Below, piece after piece: positions 15,146 through 30,539 of a stretch of 64,000 nucleotides of DNA (within the stretch, counting starts at the first letter, position 1; each line of letters opens with the position of its first letter). The translations under genes were made by a program, and so were the position numbers. The notes beneath the pieces are model-generated. The model saw nothing but the letters and a program-made list of their open reading frames with translations. It was not told the origin of the DNA and searched no databases. Origin of the DNA: Octopus vulgaris (lineage: Eukaryota); NCBI GenBank assembly GCA_951406725.2, contig OX597830.1, positions 76,508,001 to 76,572,000 on the forward strand. The letters are read 5' to 3'.

Positions 15146-15860
15146 TTCATTTATTTGCCTTAAGGACGAAGGATGAGGGGCACAATACAGACATAAAGTC
15201 TGGGGGTTTACATATAATGAAATGATAAGGGATGGAAAAAGTATTCACGGTGTTAAAGAAGGGACATTTGCAAGCATATTTGAAAAATATAAAATAATGG
15301 GGGGAGGATGATAGAGATGTGGCCCACCTGATACAGGAAGGCCTCCAGGGATAATCGAGGAACCCCACTGTCCGAGATTTCCAGGAAACCCTAGGAGCAA
15401 GTGCCTTCTCCAATTCATTCTCTCCGACTCACAGGTCTACACTCAGTGAGCTACTCTCCACTCTTGCCATTTTCGTAGCTTTCACCCACCTTTCAGTAAA
15501 CTCACTTGAGGACAGCACTCTCCTCTCCACTCTTAGTTTCCTTTTCAAGTGAAACTTGAAGAAGTCAATGAGAGCCCTACCAAAGAGGAATGTATCTGTC
15601 CTCATGCCTTTCAACCTTGTCAACCAAACGACTTCTTTCGCCACAGTCACCACGCAAAGGAAAACTGCCTTACCTGTCCGATTGAAGGAGGACGGCGGTG
15701 CCATCATCACTTCAGACTCGGCCGACAGACGGATCCGTTCCACACGTGACAGCAGCTGTTCAACATAACCTCAAAAGTCAGCAATGTCCGGAGACCGAAC
15801 GAGGGCGTGCAGAACACTTCCGTCACTCTGCGAGCACCTCGGAAAGACCGTCTGACAGAG
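15146..15860 (-). pseudogene. Tx1/L1-clade LINE 3' fragment (degenerate C-terminal zinc knuckle plus 3' UTR)
   Basis: Minus translation ..PRCSQSDGSVLHALVRSP..EQLLSRVERIRLSAES..AKEVVWLTR..FFKFHLKRKLRVERRVL..ERW; AATAAA near the 3' end. Confidence 0.7.
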
Positions 15861-15861
15861 A

Positions 15862-16286
<425 letters not shown>

Positions 16287-16669
16287 GTGAAACCGTTGTG
16301 GTTGATGACAAGAATAGTGAGAATGAAGATTGTGAATGTAAAGAGAAAAGGAAAAGAAAGAGGAGGAAAATAAAGAAAAACACAAGAAAACGAAGGTGAA
16401 AGAGGAGGGAGGAAAAATAACAAAGGAAAAAAAATAAATAAATACGTCCATGATTATTTCTTAATTTCTCGGGAGCATGTGGCCTCCATATGGCTTCGAA
16501 TAAATCTCATCAGATCTGAATTTGAGATGGTTATCAAGAATCGGAAAAGGGTTTACTACATGGAACAGTAAATACACCGCAGAATATGCTTATGTTTCTA
16601 TACATAAATACATACATAATAACGTAAATACATACCAATACACATATAAATTTATAAGTTCATGCCTCT

Positions 16670-16702
<33 letters not shown>

Positions 16703-16839
16703 TTGTGATGTAGGGAGACATATAAGCTAATAGCTGACATTCACCGTGAATTTTGCCAATCAAAATGTACGACAGAAAAGTTGAGTATGGTATATATATA
16801 CATGTATATACATACATGGATACGCGCACGCACACACAT

Positions 16840-16878
<39 letters not shown>

Positions 16879-16993
16879 AACACACACACACACAAACGCA
16901 TGCTTTTATTAAAGCTACAAAATTATCACAAGTTTGTTACTCGGAGTTTCACGTTCTCGTTCGTCGGACATAAATGTGTATGTATTCACACAC

Positions 16994-17610
16994 AGAACGT
17001 AGACGAAATACCTATTTCTTTACTACCCACAAGGGGCTAAACATAGAGTGAACAAACAAGGACAGACAAAGGGATTAAGTCGATTACATCGACCCTAGTG
17101 CGTAACTGGTACTTAATTTATGGACCCCGAATGGATGAAAGGCAAAGTCGACCTCGGCGGAATTCGAACTCACAGCGTAACGGCAGACGAAATACCTATT
17201 TCTTTACTACCCACAAGGGGTAAACACAGAGAGGACAAACAAGGACAGACAAAGGGCTTAAGTCGATTACATTGACCCCAATGTGTAACTGGTACTTAAT
17301 TTATGGACCCCGAATGGATGAAAGGCAAATTCGACCTCGGCGGAATTCGAACTCACAGCGTAACGGCAGACGAAATACCTATTTCTTTACTACCCACAAG
17401 GGGTAAACACAGAGAGGACAAACAAGGACAGACAAAGGGCTTAAGTCGATTACATTGACCCCAGTGTGTAACTGGTACTTAAATTATCGACCCCGAAAGG
17501 ATGAAAGGCAACGTCAACCTCAGCGAAATTTGAACTCAGAACGTAACGGCAGACAAAATACGGCTACGCATTTCGCCCGGCGTGCTAACGTTTGTGCCAG
17601 CTCGCCGCCT
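16994..17610 (-). mobile_element. SINE A head followed by three tandem ~183-bp body units
   Basis: agac(g/a)aaatac recurs at 17001, 17185, 17368 and 17551; head ends at 17610. Confidence 0.9.
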
Positions 17611-18193
17611 TACATATACATATATATACTGATAGAAATAAAGTATGGAAAAATAATATGCAGTCAACAGAGAAACAGAAAGTTTATTATATGTATTAAA
17701 TTATGTAAAGTAGAAAAAATACTGAGTCTGCTTAAACATGCAATGTTGACAAGAGTTGTCTATTGGCAGGAAAGAAACAGGTGTTTAATAAATGATTAGA
17801 GATGAATAGTTCTATTATTGAAAAAGCATATCAAAGAGAGATATTTATTTCGAAAGACAATTTGTAATTAAAATATGTACTTCCTAATAGTTTAGACATG
17901 AAAAACAAATTTAGTAGAAAGATAAATTGTGTAAAGGAATGTTTTTCAAATTTTTATTTCAATGAATTATGAAATTACATGTATTTTACATCAAGACAGA
18001 TAATTCATTTTTAAAATTCATTGTGGGTAGGGTTTAGGGTAATGTTTCTGAATAACATTAGATATTTGAATGTGGGATGTACAAAAAGACATCGAAATTC
18101 ATAAATTATAGTTATACATTTGGTTCAAAAATCTGTCTCCTGTTCTTAAGAAAGTAACACTCATACACACTTGTATATGCGGCATGTATATGT

Positions 18194-18261
<68 letters not shown>

Positions 18262-18599
18262 ATGTATGTATGCATCTATGTGTATGTATACACACACGTG
18301 TATACATATATATATACGTATCAATATGTATACATATATGTACATATATGTGTGTATATATATATATGTATATATTTATCTATCTATATGTGTGTGTGTG
18401 CGTGTGTGTGCGTGCGTGTGTGAATGTATGTATGTATAGCTGCTGGAGTGGCTGTCTGGTAAGAAGCTTGCTTTCCAAACACATGGCTCAGGGTTCAGTC
18501 CCACTGTGTAGCATCTTGGGCAAATGTCTTCTACTCTAGCCTCGGTCCGACCAAAGCCCAATCAGTAGATTTGGTAGACGAAACTGAAATAAGCCAGTC

Positions 18600-18683
<84 letters not shown>

Positions 18684-18689
18684 GTATAT

Positions 18690-18907
18690 ATTCAAAATGT
18701 GACCGCGTGTGTACCGTTGGCGATTTTTTTTCTCAGTCTTCCCTTCATTGGATCTTTCCTTTTCCTATGTTTCTGACGAAGAGTTTCGCTCGAAACGTTA
18801 AACCCTTCTTCTTTCCTTCTTTCCTGAGCGTCCAATAATACTATACTTGTTCCACGTCCTCACGTTGTTGTATTTTCTCTTTGTGTTTTCATGTTTGGAT
18901 TAACTAT
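18690..18907 (+). mobile_element. Penelope-like pLTR fragment in (TA)n
   Basis: Contains an intact minimal hammerhead motif; pyrimidine-rich; flanked by TA repeats. Confidence 0.65.
18769..18803 (+). ncRNA. Minimal type I hammerhead ribozyme motif
   Basis: GTTT-CTGACGA-A-GAG(tttcg)CTC-GAAA-C-GT-T-AAAC: 4-bp helix I, 3-bp helix II, palindromic ACGT helix III, GUU cleavage triplet. Confidence 0.75.
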
Positions 18908-18913
18908 GTATAT

Positions 18914-19691
<778 letters not shown>

Positions 19692-19757
19692 ATTATACAT
19701 TGACACACCTTGCAACTCATGTCTGTATACTTTGACACTCCATTCTTACATCCAGAT

Positions 19758-20175
19758 ACATCATCATCATTTATCATTGTTCGACCGTGGTCGAGACAAT
19801 GGAATTTACCATGCTACGCCAGACTTCACGGTCCATCATGGCATTACGGAGGTCCTGTTGCTGGATGCCTGTGTCCCTGGAGATTACATCAGGGTAAGAA
19901 AGTGTGCGCCCTCTGGTATTGCGAGTAGACGCCTTCCAGAGGAGAAGAGTAGAAATTACTTCTTTTTCAGCTCTACAACAATGTCCAGCAAACTGGACTC
20001 TCCTACCTTTCACAAGAGATGACGCAGGCGTTAGTTTTCCATATATTTGCATTTTGGTTGGATGACGCTCCCACGAGAGATTTTGAGCTCTCATAAGGAG
20101 GCGAGTGTAGGTTCCATCCAACCGCCTCTCAAACTTCTTTGATAACGTCCAGGTTTCTAAGCCATATAGTAGATA
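19758..20175 (-). pseudogene. RTE-clade LINE 3' fragment with (TGA)n tail
   Basis: LLYGLETWTL...RLLMRAQNLSW...RRVQFAGHCCR...NAMMDREVWRSMV. Confidence 0.88.
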
Positions 20176-20210
20176 CACCTACACATAGACACAGAGTGAC
20201 TGTGTGGTAG

Positions 20211-20400
20211 TCATGCTCGTAGCAGGACTTCCAGATCACTCGTCGTCTTCCAAGGATGTTCTTTCGATTTTGAAGCGCCCATGCCACTTAAAATATTGCG
20301 TACGACCCATTGCCTCGTTGCCGTAAGCTTGCCGAAGCATGCTCAATGTTTCAGTAACAGACTTCGCAAGTTTACTGTAAAGTTCGCAACTTGCGAAGTA
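20211..20400 (-). pseudogene. Mariner transposase N-terminal (HTH) fragment
   Basis: Minus translation KSVTETLSMLRQAYGNEAMGRTQYFKWHGRFKIERTSLEDDE*SGSPATS. Confidence 0.8.
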
Positions 20401-20541
20401 AAAAAAACAGTGATGTCACTCGGCACACTGATTCAGGAAAGTCACAGGTAATTCTCATTGCACAGGCAACCGTCTGCTGCAACCTGTTGTCGCGCTACGG
20501 AACGAGTATGTGTGTGTGTGTGTGGCTGTGTGTGTGTGTGC

Positions 20542-20577
<36 letters not shown>

Positions 20578-21383
20578 CTATGTGTGTGTGTGTGCTTGTG
20601 TTTTGTGTTCCACTGCTTGGCAACAAGTGTTAGTTCATTTACACCCCCGTCACGTAACGTTTCGGCAAAACGGATTGCTTGAATAACTACCAGACTAAAA
20701 AAAATCAAACAGGTACTGGGGCCAATTTGTTCGACTAAGCGCTTGAAGGCCGTGCCCCCAATATAAATTGTAGCCAAACTCTTAAAAGACAAGTAAAAGC
20801 GATTACATGCAGCAACACCTACTAGCCATTCACCAGCCTGCTAACCAGCCAAGGAGAAATATTACTAACATCCGGTATAAACCGGAAACATGTTATAAAA
20901 TAGTTACTGACTATCGACGGCATCCATCTTCGACAAACTTGCAGTTGTTCGATGTTTGCATTTGTTCGCCATTTTCCTTTTGTTTCCGTTTTTTTCCCTC
21001 CACCATCACAATGCCGATGTAATTTAGCGAATGGAATGAAATCCATTTCCATTTCATGACAGGTGTTATGCCTTTATAATATATTGTTATTTGATGTTTG
21101 TTTGTGTATGTTATATTCTTCGTTGTTATTTCTCGTGTATCTCTGCAAAATATGAACAATAATCCCTTTGTCAGCATATTTGTAATAATTGTAGTAAAAC
21201 GTCATCTGAAATTTTGTATATTGTATATTGCATATATTTTGTTTTTATTTACATTCGTTTTATTTAGCAACAGATATTATTAGAGAGCATGTTTCTATTT
21301 CCTACATGTGCATATGTGTATACGCATGTATGTATGTATTATGTATGCATGCATATATATACATGTACATATATATATGTGTG

Positions 21384-21487
<104 letters not shown>

Positions 21488-21579
21488 CATACATATATAT
21501 GCATGTGTGTATATATATATATATGTGTGTGTGTATATATATATATGCATATATATACATACATACATACATATATATG

Positions 21580-21634
<55 letters not shown>

Positions 21635-22241
21635 GTATATATGTATAGAGAGCGCGCGAGAGGAATAGAGAGATGAACTTACATACGGGTATGTATACCT
21701 TGTCTCTTGAAGTGCAACTCTAGTCTGTTTAATTGATGTACACACACTCACGCATACTTGCGCACACATACATACACACACGCACACGCATACATGTATA
21801 TATTTACATGCATACATACATAGATACATACATACATGCAATACATATATGACAGTATATTTATACGTACACACCAAAACATATATCTATAACAATATGC
21901 AACCTGTAAACATTCCCCAACATATCTAGGTTTCTAAAGATGTTGGACAATTGGAGAAATAATGAATTTTACATGAAGTTATATTATATATAATTTATGT
22001 CTGGTCTTCGTAGAAATTGTTTTTAAATTATATTTAATTTGGTTATACGTCCGTTTATATATGGCTGTTATTTTATGTATAAACGAAAAACTAAATACTC
22101 CGACTTACATGTATACTAATATAGTGAAACAGATTTATACATAAAAAGGATATGATGCAATTAATTATATTGTCGCTGGAAAAATAGCTAAGATTAGCAT
22201 ATGTATGTACTCGTATATAGATACACACAAGCACACGCACG

Positions 22242-22284
<43 letters not shown>

Positions 22285-22381
22285 ACACAAATACACAAAC
22301 ACAGACAATCACACAACTTCATATACATGCTTGGAAGTTTGTGTGTGTATCTATATACGACTACATAGATATGCTAGCGTG

Positions 22382-22426
<45 letters not shown>

Positions 22427-22488
22427 TATGTGTGTGCGTACAAATGTAGTAACTATATATTTATGTCTCTAAAAACAAACATGTATAT

Positions 22489-22523
<35 letters not shown>

Positions 22524-22698
22524 TAGTATACATGATATGTGATATGATATATATATATCATACATATGATATACGATTATATATATATATATATATGTAA
22601 AGAACGGAGTCAACGCCTATTGAAAAGGTTGCAAGACCCAACGAAAATTTTAGGGAAAATAAATAATTGAGTGGAAACTTTTGCACGCATACATATAT

Positions 22699-22929
22699 AT
22701 TTCTTTACTACCCACAAGGGGACAAACACAGAGGGGACAAACAAGGACAAACAAAGGGATTAAGTCGATTACATCGACCCCAGTGTGTAACTAGTACTTA
22801 ATTTATCGACCCCGAAAAGATGAAAGGCAAAGTCGACCTCGGTGGAATTTGAACTCGGAACGTAACGACAGACGAAATACGGCTACGCATTTCGCCCGGC
22901 GTGCTAACGTTTCTGCCAGCTCGCCGCCT
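22699..22929 (-). mobile_element. Full-length SINE A
   Basis: aaggcggcgagctggcagaaacgttagc...ccccttgtgggtagtaaagaaata. Confidence 0.9.
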
Positions 22930-22957
22930 TATGTATGTATGTATGTATGTATGTATG

Positions 22958-22991
<34 letters not shown>

Positions 22992-23144
22992 TATATAAAG
23001 ATATATGGAAGCGAGTGTAATTCGGCTGGAGGACTTAAACGACACGCACGCATTCATATATACATACATACATACGTACGTACGTACATACATACATACA
23101 TACATACATACATACATACATACATACATACATACATACATACA

Positions 23145-23364
23145 TTATGGCTGCCTCCTCGTTATCGATTATGGCCATTGCACGAAGCTTAACTCTTACT
23201 GGTGCTGTTATCGAATGTGACTTTTTAGCCCAGCTAAAGATCTACAATGTCTTGTACAAAATTGGCAACTAAAACCTTTACTGGTAATAGCCGGCTGTAG
23301 TTGCAACTGGGCTTCGTGTACCTTTGCATGTCGTTTAAGTCCTTCTGCCGAATTACACTCGCTT

Positions 23365-23368
<4 letters not shown>
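23145..23368 (-). pseudogene. RTE-type LINE 3' end with C2H2 zinc fingers and (ATGT)n tail
   Basis: [15 protein letters not shown]...[21 protein letters not shown]. Confidence 0.75.
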
Positions 23369-23431
<63 letters not shown>

Positions 23432-23494
23432 CATACATACATACATACATACATACATACATACATACATACATACATACATACAGACATACAG

Positions 23495-24010
23495 TAGTGT
23501 AGAAACCAGAGCCAATCATAACAAAAAGGAATACTAGTGGAATGTCCCAATGAAGACCTCAATAAAATGTAAGCACAACAGGCCTAATATAATGATTTGG
23601 GATAGAGAAAAGAAACTCCGCATAGTTGTGGAAATTAGTTGCCCAGCGGATGTTAGCATAAAACTGAAGATCAGTGAAAAAGAGAATATCCACACTGAAC
23701 TATTGAGAAATCTGAAGTTTTTCTATCCAGACTACAAGTTCAGGTTTATACCTGTAATAATTGAGGGCCTACAATATGTAACTAACTACCCAAATACCAA
23801 TCTTGAGTAATTAGGCTTCCCCAAACCAGAAAGTAGAAAGCTACTTCGAAGACTACAGATCCAATCTATCACTGGAACTGTAAAAATCTGCAAAACTTCC
23901 CTGAAGTTTATCATTTAAATATATATGAGCATGCCTAAATATGCGACTATATGCATAAGAATACATACATGAAACAAAATTTACAAAACTGCACATATGC
24001 ATACATGCAT

Positions 24011-24015
<5 letters not shown>
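23495..24015 (+). pseudogene. R4/Dong-like (REL endonuclease) LINE 3' fragment in (TACA)n context
   Basis: KCKHNRPNIMIWD..IVVEISCP..EKENI...FIPVII..LQIQSITGTVKICKT (PD..D..E..K-type motif, degenerate). Confidence 0.8.
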
Positions 24016-24065
<50 letters not shown>

Positions 24066-24098
24066 CACGCATACATACATTCATACATATATATATAT

Positions 24099-25715
24099 GT
24101 TTAGTTAGTTAGTTAGTTAGTTAATTTGGCTCAAAAGCAAATAGCAAGGCCATGTAGGGGGACATGGAGTTAAGTACAGGGTGGTGTTCATGTAAAGAGT
24201 TCAGGCCACTTGAGGTCCAGGGAGGCTTTGAACAAAGCGGTCGTCGGCATCTTCACCATCTCGTCTGGCAGCTTGTTCCACGGATCCGCAACCCGGACGG
24301 AGAAAGCTCCTCTCCTTCGATTGAGATGAAATCGTCGCAGGTAGAGCTTTTCGGAATGACCCCGCAGCCGACGCTCTGGAGCAGGAGTGAAGAACAGCTC
24401 TTTCGAGAGGTTACACTTTCCGCTTATGATGTTGGTGGGCGAGAATGAGATCACCACGGCGGCGGCGTTTTTCAAGAGAATAAAGGTCGAGCGTCCTCAG
24501 CCTTTCTTCGTAGAACAAATTTTTGAGACCATGAACCATGCGGGTAGCCAGCTTCTGGACTCTTTCGAGATGTTGTATGTCTTTGAGGAGATAAGGAGAA
24601 GGGGCTTGAATCCCATACTCCAATATGGGTCTCACCAGCGTGACATAGAGTGGTAGGAATATGGCTGCTGTGAGCATTCCGAATGACCGTCGAATCAAGA
24701 ACAGAATTCCGCGTGCTGTGTTGGCAGCATGGACGCACTGGGCCGAAGGCGAAAAGGAGGAATCCACCAAGATACCCAGGTCCTTTACCTGATCGGTCCT
24801 CTCCAGCAGCAGACGACCCGGCTCGAAATCAAGTTGAGTTGCAGGAGTAGAGCCGACAGGCAGATGACAGCACTTTGACACGTTCAGACACAGGTCCCAA
24901 TCGTTAGACCACTTCCAAATTTGGTGGAGGCATCGACGAAGATCCTCTATATTACCGCGAGGAGCGACCAGTTTGATATCGTCGGCAAATAGAAGGGTGT
25001 GTTGCGTGAGGTCGTCGGGCAAGTCATTTATGAAGACTAAGAACAACAAGGGCCCAAGCACTGAACCTTGAGGCACGCCACTGCTCGCACTGGAGACGTC
25101 GGACCGCGAACCATTAACTTGGACTTGGAAGGAGCGATCTGAGAGGAAGGCACCAACCCATCGTATAATATCCGGATGGAAACTATATGCTTGAAGCTTG
25201 ACAAGTAATAGGCGGTGGTTTACCGAGTCAAAAGCTTTGGCAAAGTCCAATAAAACGATGTCAACAGCATCACTATCATCGAGGATGCGCGTCACCAATT
25301 CTTCCATTACTAGTAAGTTGGTCAAGCATGATCTCTTCGGCACGAAGCCGTGTTGGGAATCAGAGATAGAGGCTGTGTTTAGGAGGTGGAGCATCATACT
25401 TTTCTCAAGGATGGTTTCGAACATCTTGCTGATTATTGATGTAAGGGAAACCGGTCGGTAGTTAAGCGGGTCTTCGCGGCTCCCTTTCTTGAAAATTGGG
25501 CAGATTATCGCTGTTCTCCAGTCTGCAGGTATAACACCCGTCGCCAATGACATATTGAATAGTCGTGTTAAGGGCTCGCAGATGACCGGAGCCAACGCTT
25601 TGATAACCCGTGGGTGTATGCCGTCAGGGCCGTGACCCTTGTTGACATCGAGGCCTTGAATGACACGTTTGACTTCGTCCCGCGTGATGACCAATCGAAG
25701 CATTGGAGGTACCGA
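24099..25715 (-). pseudogene. 5'-truncated CR1/L2-group LINE with long open reverse-transcriptase frame, one frameshift near 24440, and (TAAC)n tail
   Basis: [57 protein letters not shown]; 3' frame RLRGHSEKL..FSVRVADPWNKLP. Confidence 0.95.
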
Positions 25716-25739
25716 TCTATCAAATATATATATATATAC

Positions 25740-25816
<77 letters not shown>

Positions 25817-25848
25817 TATATATATATATATACATACATACATATACA

Positions 25849-25917
<69 letters not shown>

Positions 25918-25923
<6 letters not shown>

Positions 25924-26740
25924 TAAAAATCAAAATAAGGGTGAAAAAATTGAATATTAATTAATAACATCAATTTAAACACCAAGTGGCCTAGCGTATA
26001 AAAGGCTGGGATACAGTAAATATTATTAATACAAAACAATAAGAGAGAATACACTATGTGGACGCTCTAACGCTAGATATAGATCCGCAAAGGGAATCCA
26101 CCACCAAGGAATTGTTCTCAAGAATTAATTCAACACGCCAAGAACGTAAGCGAGCAGTACAAATGAAAAATAACGAAAAAATAGATTAGCTCTATACAAT
26201 TGTTTCATCATTAATAAATTATGTAATTTTACATACGAGGGCAGAACGAGGGCATTTGAATGTAACTGTGAATATAATCGGCCGTACCGTTCGTCTCTGT
26301 TCAACCTCGTGTGAATTTTGACGTGCGGTTCGACAAATTACGAAAATACTTATGTAAGTTAATAAATTATGCAATTTTACTTACATAAGTATTTTCGAAT
26401 CGTCAGTAGAGTACATCAAAATATAATCTGTCGAACCGCACGGCAAAATTAACACGAGGTTGAACAGAGACGAACGGTACGGCCGATTATATTCACAGTT
26501 ACATTCAAATGCCCTCGTTCTGCCCTCGTATGTAAAATTACATAATTTATTAATGATGAAACAATTGTATAGAGTTAATCTATTTTTTCGTTATTTTTCA
26601 TTTGTCCTGCTCGCTTACGTTCTTGGCGTGTTGAATTATTTCTTGAGAACAATTCCTTGGTGGTGGATTCCCTTTGCGTATCTATATCTAGTGTTAGAGC
26701 GTCCACATAGTGGATTCTCTCTTATTGTTTTATATATATA
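25918..26740. mobile_element. Fold-back Penelope-like element (~310-bp inverted arms) in (TA)n, carrying a hammerhead motif
   Basis: Arms 26032-26340 / 26424-26731; nested 19-bp IR in the spacer; CTCTA-CTGACGA...GAAA-CAATTG-TA-TAGAG on minus. Confidence 0.75.
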
Positions 26741-26742
26741 TA

Positions 26743-27546
26743 CTAGCAGCATAGCCCGGCGTTGCCCGGGTATGTAAGAGCCCCTAGTAGGCAACGACTA
26801 ATCCCAATCTAGTCCTTTCCCTCTAGGGAACGAAGGCGCATGTGTACGTTGCAATGTCTTCTCTTCACTCCCAAATAACTATCAAACAGCTATCGATAAT
26901 TCAACCCAACCAATTCCTACCAGGAAGAAATTACATTCGAGACTTTACCCCCAACACCGCCACTTCTGCTAATAGCTGCTGCAGCCGCAAGTTATTCGAA
27001 TACTTTTTTTGTTTACACTTTCTTTATAACTACCACCCCAAACGTTTTACCTTAAATTTTTGACGTACCCTAAGGGTCCTCGGACGCTACTTGCAAACTC
27101 TTGGCTTATTATAAACCGCTTTTGTCGTGTGCATCAAAAAATCTTTTCCATTCGTTTGTTCAGTTTGGTCACTTTTGACTTTTTCGTTGTTGTCACTCAC
27201 ATTGCTGCCCGCTTTTTGCCGTTTTTGTACATTTTTATACATTTTGGGATACTTACCCCACGTGTTCCGAGAGTTAAAAAGGTCGAGTTGCGTCCCCTAG
27301 ACAGTCTGTAGAAAATGTGTTGCATATAAAAAGCTTAGATTCTCGACCCATGTCGAAATTATCGATTTTTTTTCAGAACTGGGGGAACTTTTCGAAATTT
27401 TCGCTGCGTTAGTTTTGAATTATGACATTGGGCTACGTGTGTCAAGTTTCATCAGAATCGGTTGAAAGCCGGGGTCAGGGTGAGGGTACAATCTTACAGA
27501 CACACAGACACACAGACAGACAAACTGCCGTTTATATATAGAGAGA
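26743..27546 (-). mobile_element. Non-autonomous Helitron
   Basis: Minus strand: A|TCTCTCTATATATAAA start; cccgggcaacgccggg hairpin then CTAG|T end; same 3' hairpin as 10460. Confidence 0.85.
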
Positions 27547-27551
27547 TATAT

Positions 27552-28035
27552 AATGTTCGTCCTTCGGGTTCGAAGATGACCATTGACATCATTTGGTGGA
27601 ATTGCTGCTATGTGACCGGAGGTGACTGGTGAGGCCAATCCGGGTAAGAAAGCATCTCCCACAGGTGGGGCAGAAGTGGGTAGGGGCTGTGTTATTGGTG
27701 CAGGTGGCTCTGGCTTTCCGCATCTGGCGTTTCTGTTCTGCTGACTGAATCCGTCTCTCCTGTCTTTGCTCCTGTAGTGATTGCGCTGCGCCAGGTTGAG
27801 CGGTCGGCAGCAAGTGTCTCCCAAGTCTCTGTGCCGATGGAGAAATCTTTGAGAGAGACTTTGAGACTGTCCTTGAAGCGTTTCTTCTGCCCTCCGACTT
27901 TGCGTTTGCCTTGGCTGAGTTAACCGTAGAAGAGCTGTTTTTGGATGCGAGTGTCGGACATGCGGGAGACGTGGCCTGCCCATCTCAGCTGGGCCTTGCG
28001 CATGATCGTGATGGTGCTAGGGAGATCTGCCTGCT
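27552..28035 (-). pseudogene. RTE-clade LINE 3' fragment with terminal C2H2 finger
   Basis: QLRWAGHVSRM..QKQLFYG..GGQKKRFKDSLK..WETLAADRSTWR; FCPTCGRCFLTRIGLTSHLRSH. Confidence 0.88.
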
Positions 28036-28342
28036 TCATACATACATACATATACATATACATGCATACATGCATACATACATACATATACATATATATA
28101 TGTGTGTATATATATATTTATATGTATATATATACGTATGTATGTATACGGGGAGCTTTTAGTTTCCGTCTACCGAATCCACTCGCAAGGATTTGGTCGG
28201 CCCGATGCTATCGTAGAAGACACTTGCCCAAGGTGGCAGGCTGTGAGACTGAATCCAGAATCATATGATTAAGAAGTAAGCTTCTGAGCATAGAAAGCCA
28301 CACCTTCGTTTATGTATAGGTACACACACACACGCACACATA

Positions 28343-28376
<34 letters not shown>

Positions 28377-28559
28377 TTTTTGAGTAGAGATGACTTCTTG
28401 AGGGGGTAATTTTAATTTTAATCTTAATAATGATTATGATTAAAATATAAGTTATCCCCTAAAAAAGCCGTCGCTACTCAATCTTCCAAATATATGTAAT
28501 TCTGTACCAAGATCTTTCTCTTTATCTCTTATTCTGCTGTATATGTATAGACACACACA

Positions 28560-29683
<1,124 letters not shown>

Positions 29684-29821
29684 ATGGCGGTGCCCCAGCA
29701 TGGCCACAGCTCAAGAGCTGAAACTGGAAAAAACAAAAACAAAAAACAAATATACATATATATATATATATGTGTGTGTGTATATGAATGTATGTATGCG
29801 TGAATATATATATATATATAT

Positions 29822-30220
29822 ATCTTTCTCTTTTACTTGTTTCAGTCATTTGACTGCGGCCATGCTGGAGCACCGCCTTTAGACGAGCAAATCGACCCCG
29901 GGATTTATTCTTTTGTAAGCCCAGTACTTATTCTATCGGTCTCTTTTGCCGAACCGGTAAGTAACGGGGACGTAAACACACCAGCATCGGTTGACAAGCA
30001 ATGCTAGGTGGACAAACACAGACACACAAACATACACACACATATACATACATATATACGACAGGCTTCTTTCAATTTCCGCCTACCAAATCCACTCACA
30101 ACGCATTGGTCGGCCCGGGCCTATAGCAGAAGACACTTGCCCAAGATGCCACGCAGTGGGACTGAACCCGGAACCATGTGGTTGGTTATCAAGCTACTTA
30201 CCACACAGCCACTCCTGCGC

Positions 30221-30222
<2 letters not shown>
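29822..30222 (-). mobile_element. Full-length SINE B
   Basis: Both halves with internal CA/TA tract; head ggcgcaggagtggctgtgtggtaag. Confidence 0.9.
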
Positions 30223-30278
<56 letters not shown>

Positions 30279-30443
30279 TTGCAAATAACTTGCACATGCA
30301 AGTGCTACCAGTTAAAAGCTCCCTATACAGGAAGCCAGCAGATTTGACGTAGGAATACAGGTTCTTAGTATATTTTATGACGTAATATATTCATGCGTGT
30401 GTGTGTGTGTGCGTGTTTATCTGTGTTTAGAAGATAGATAGAC

Positions 30444-30539
<96 letters not shown>

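Noticed and set aside
16994-17610. Regularly spaced repeats resembling a CRISPR array
   Set aside because: Whole units repeat with no unique spacers; it is SINE sequence in a eukaryotic context with no cas genes
20862-20900. Hammerhead-like ccggtataaaccg-GAAA-CATG-TT
   Set aside because: No CUGANGA, helix I does not pair, and it is not in a TA-bounded insert
26835-26900. YVAMS peptide resembling Helitron helicase motif VI
   Set aside because: On the strand opposite to the Helitron orientation, with no other helicase motifs
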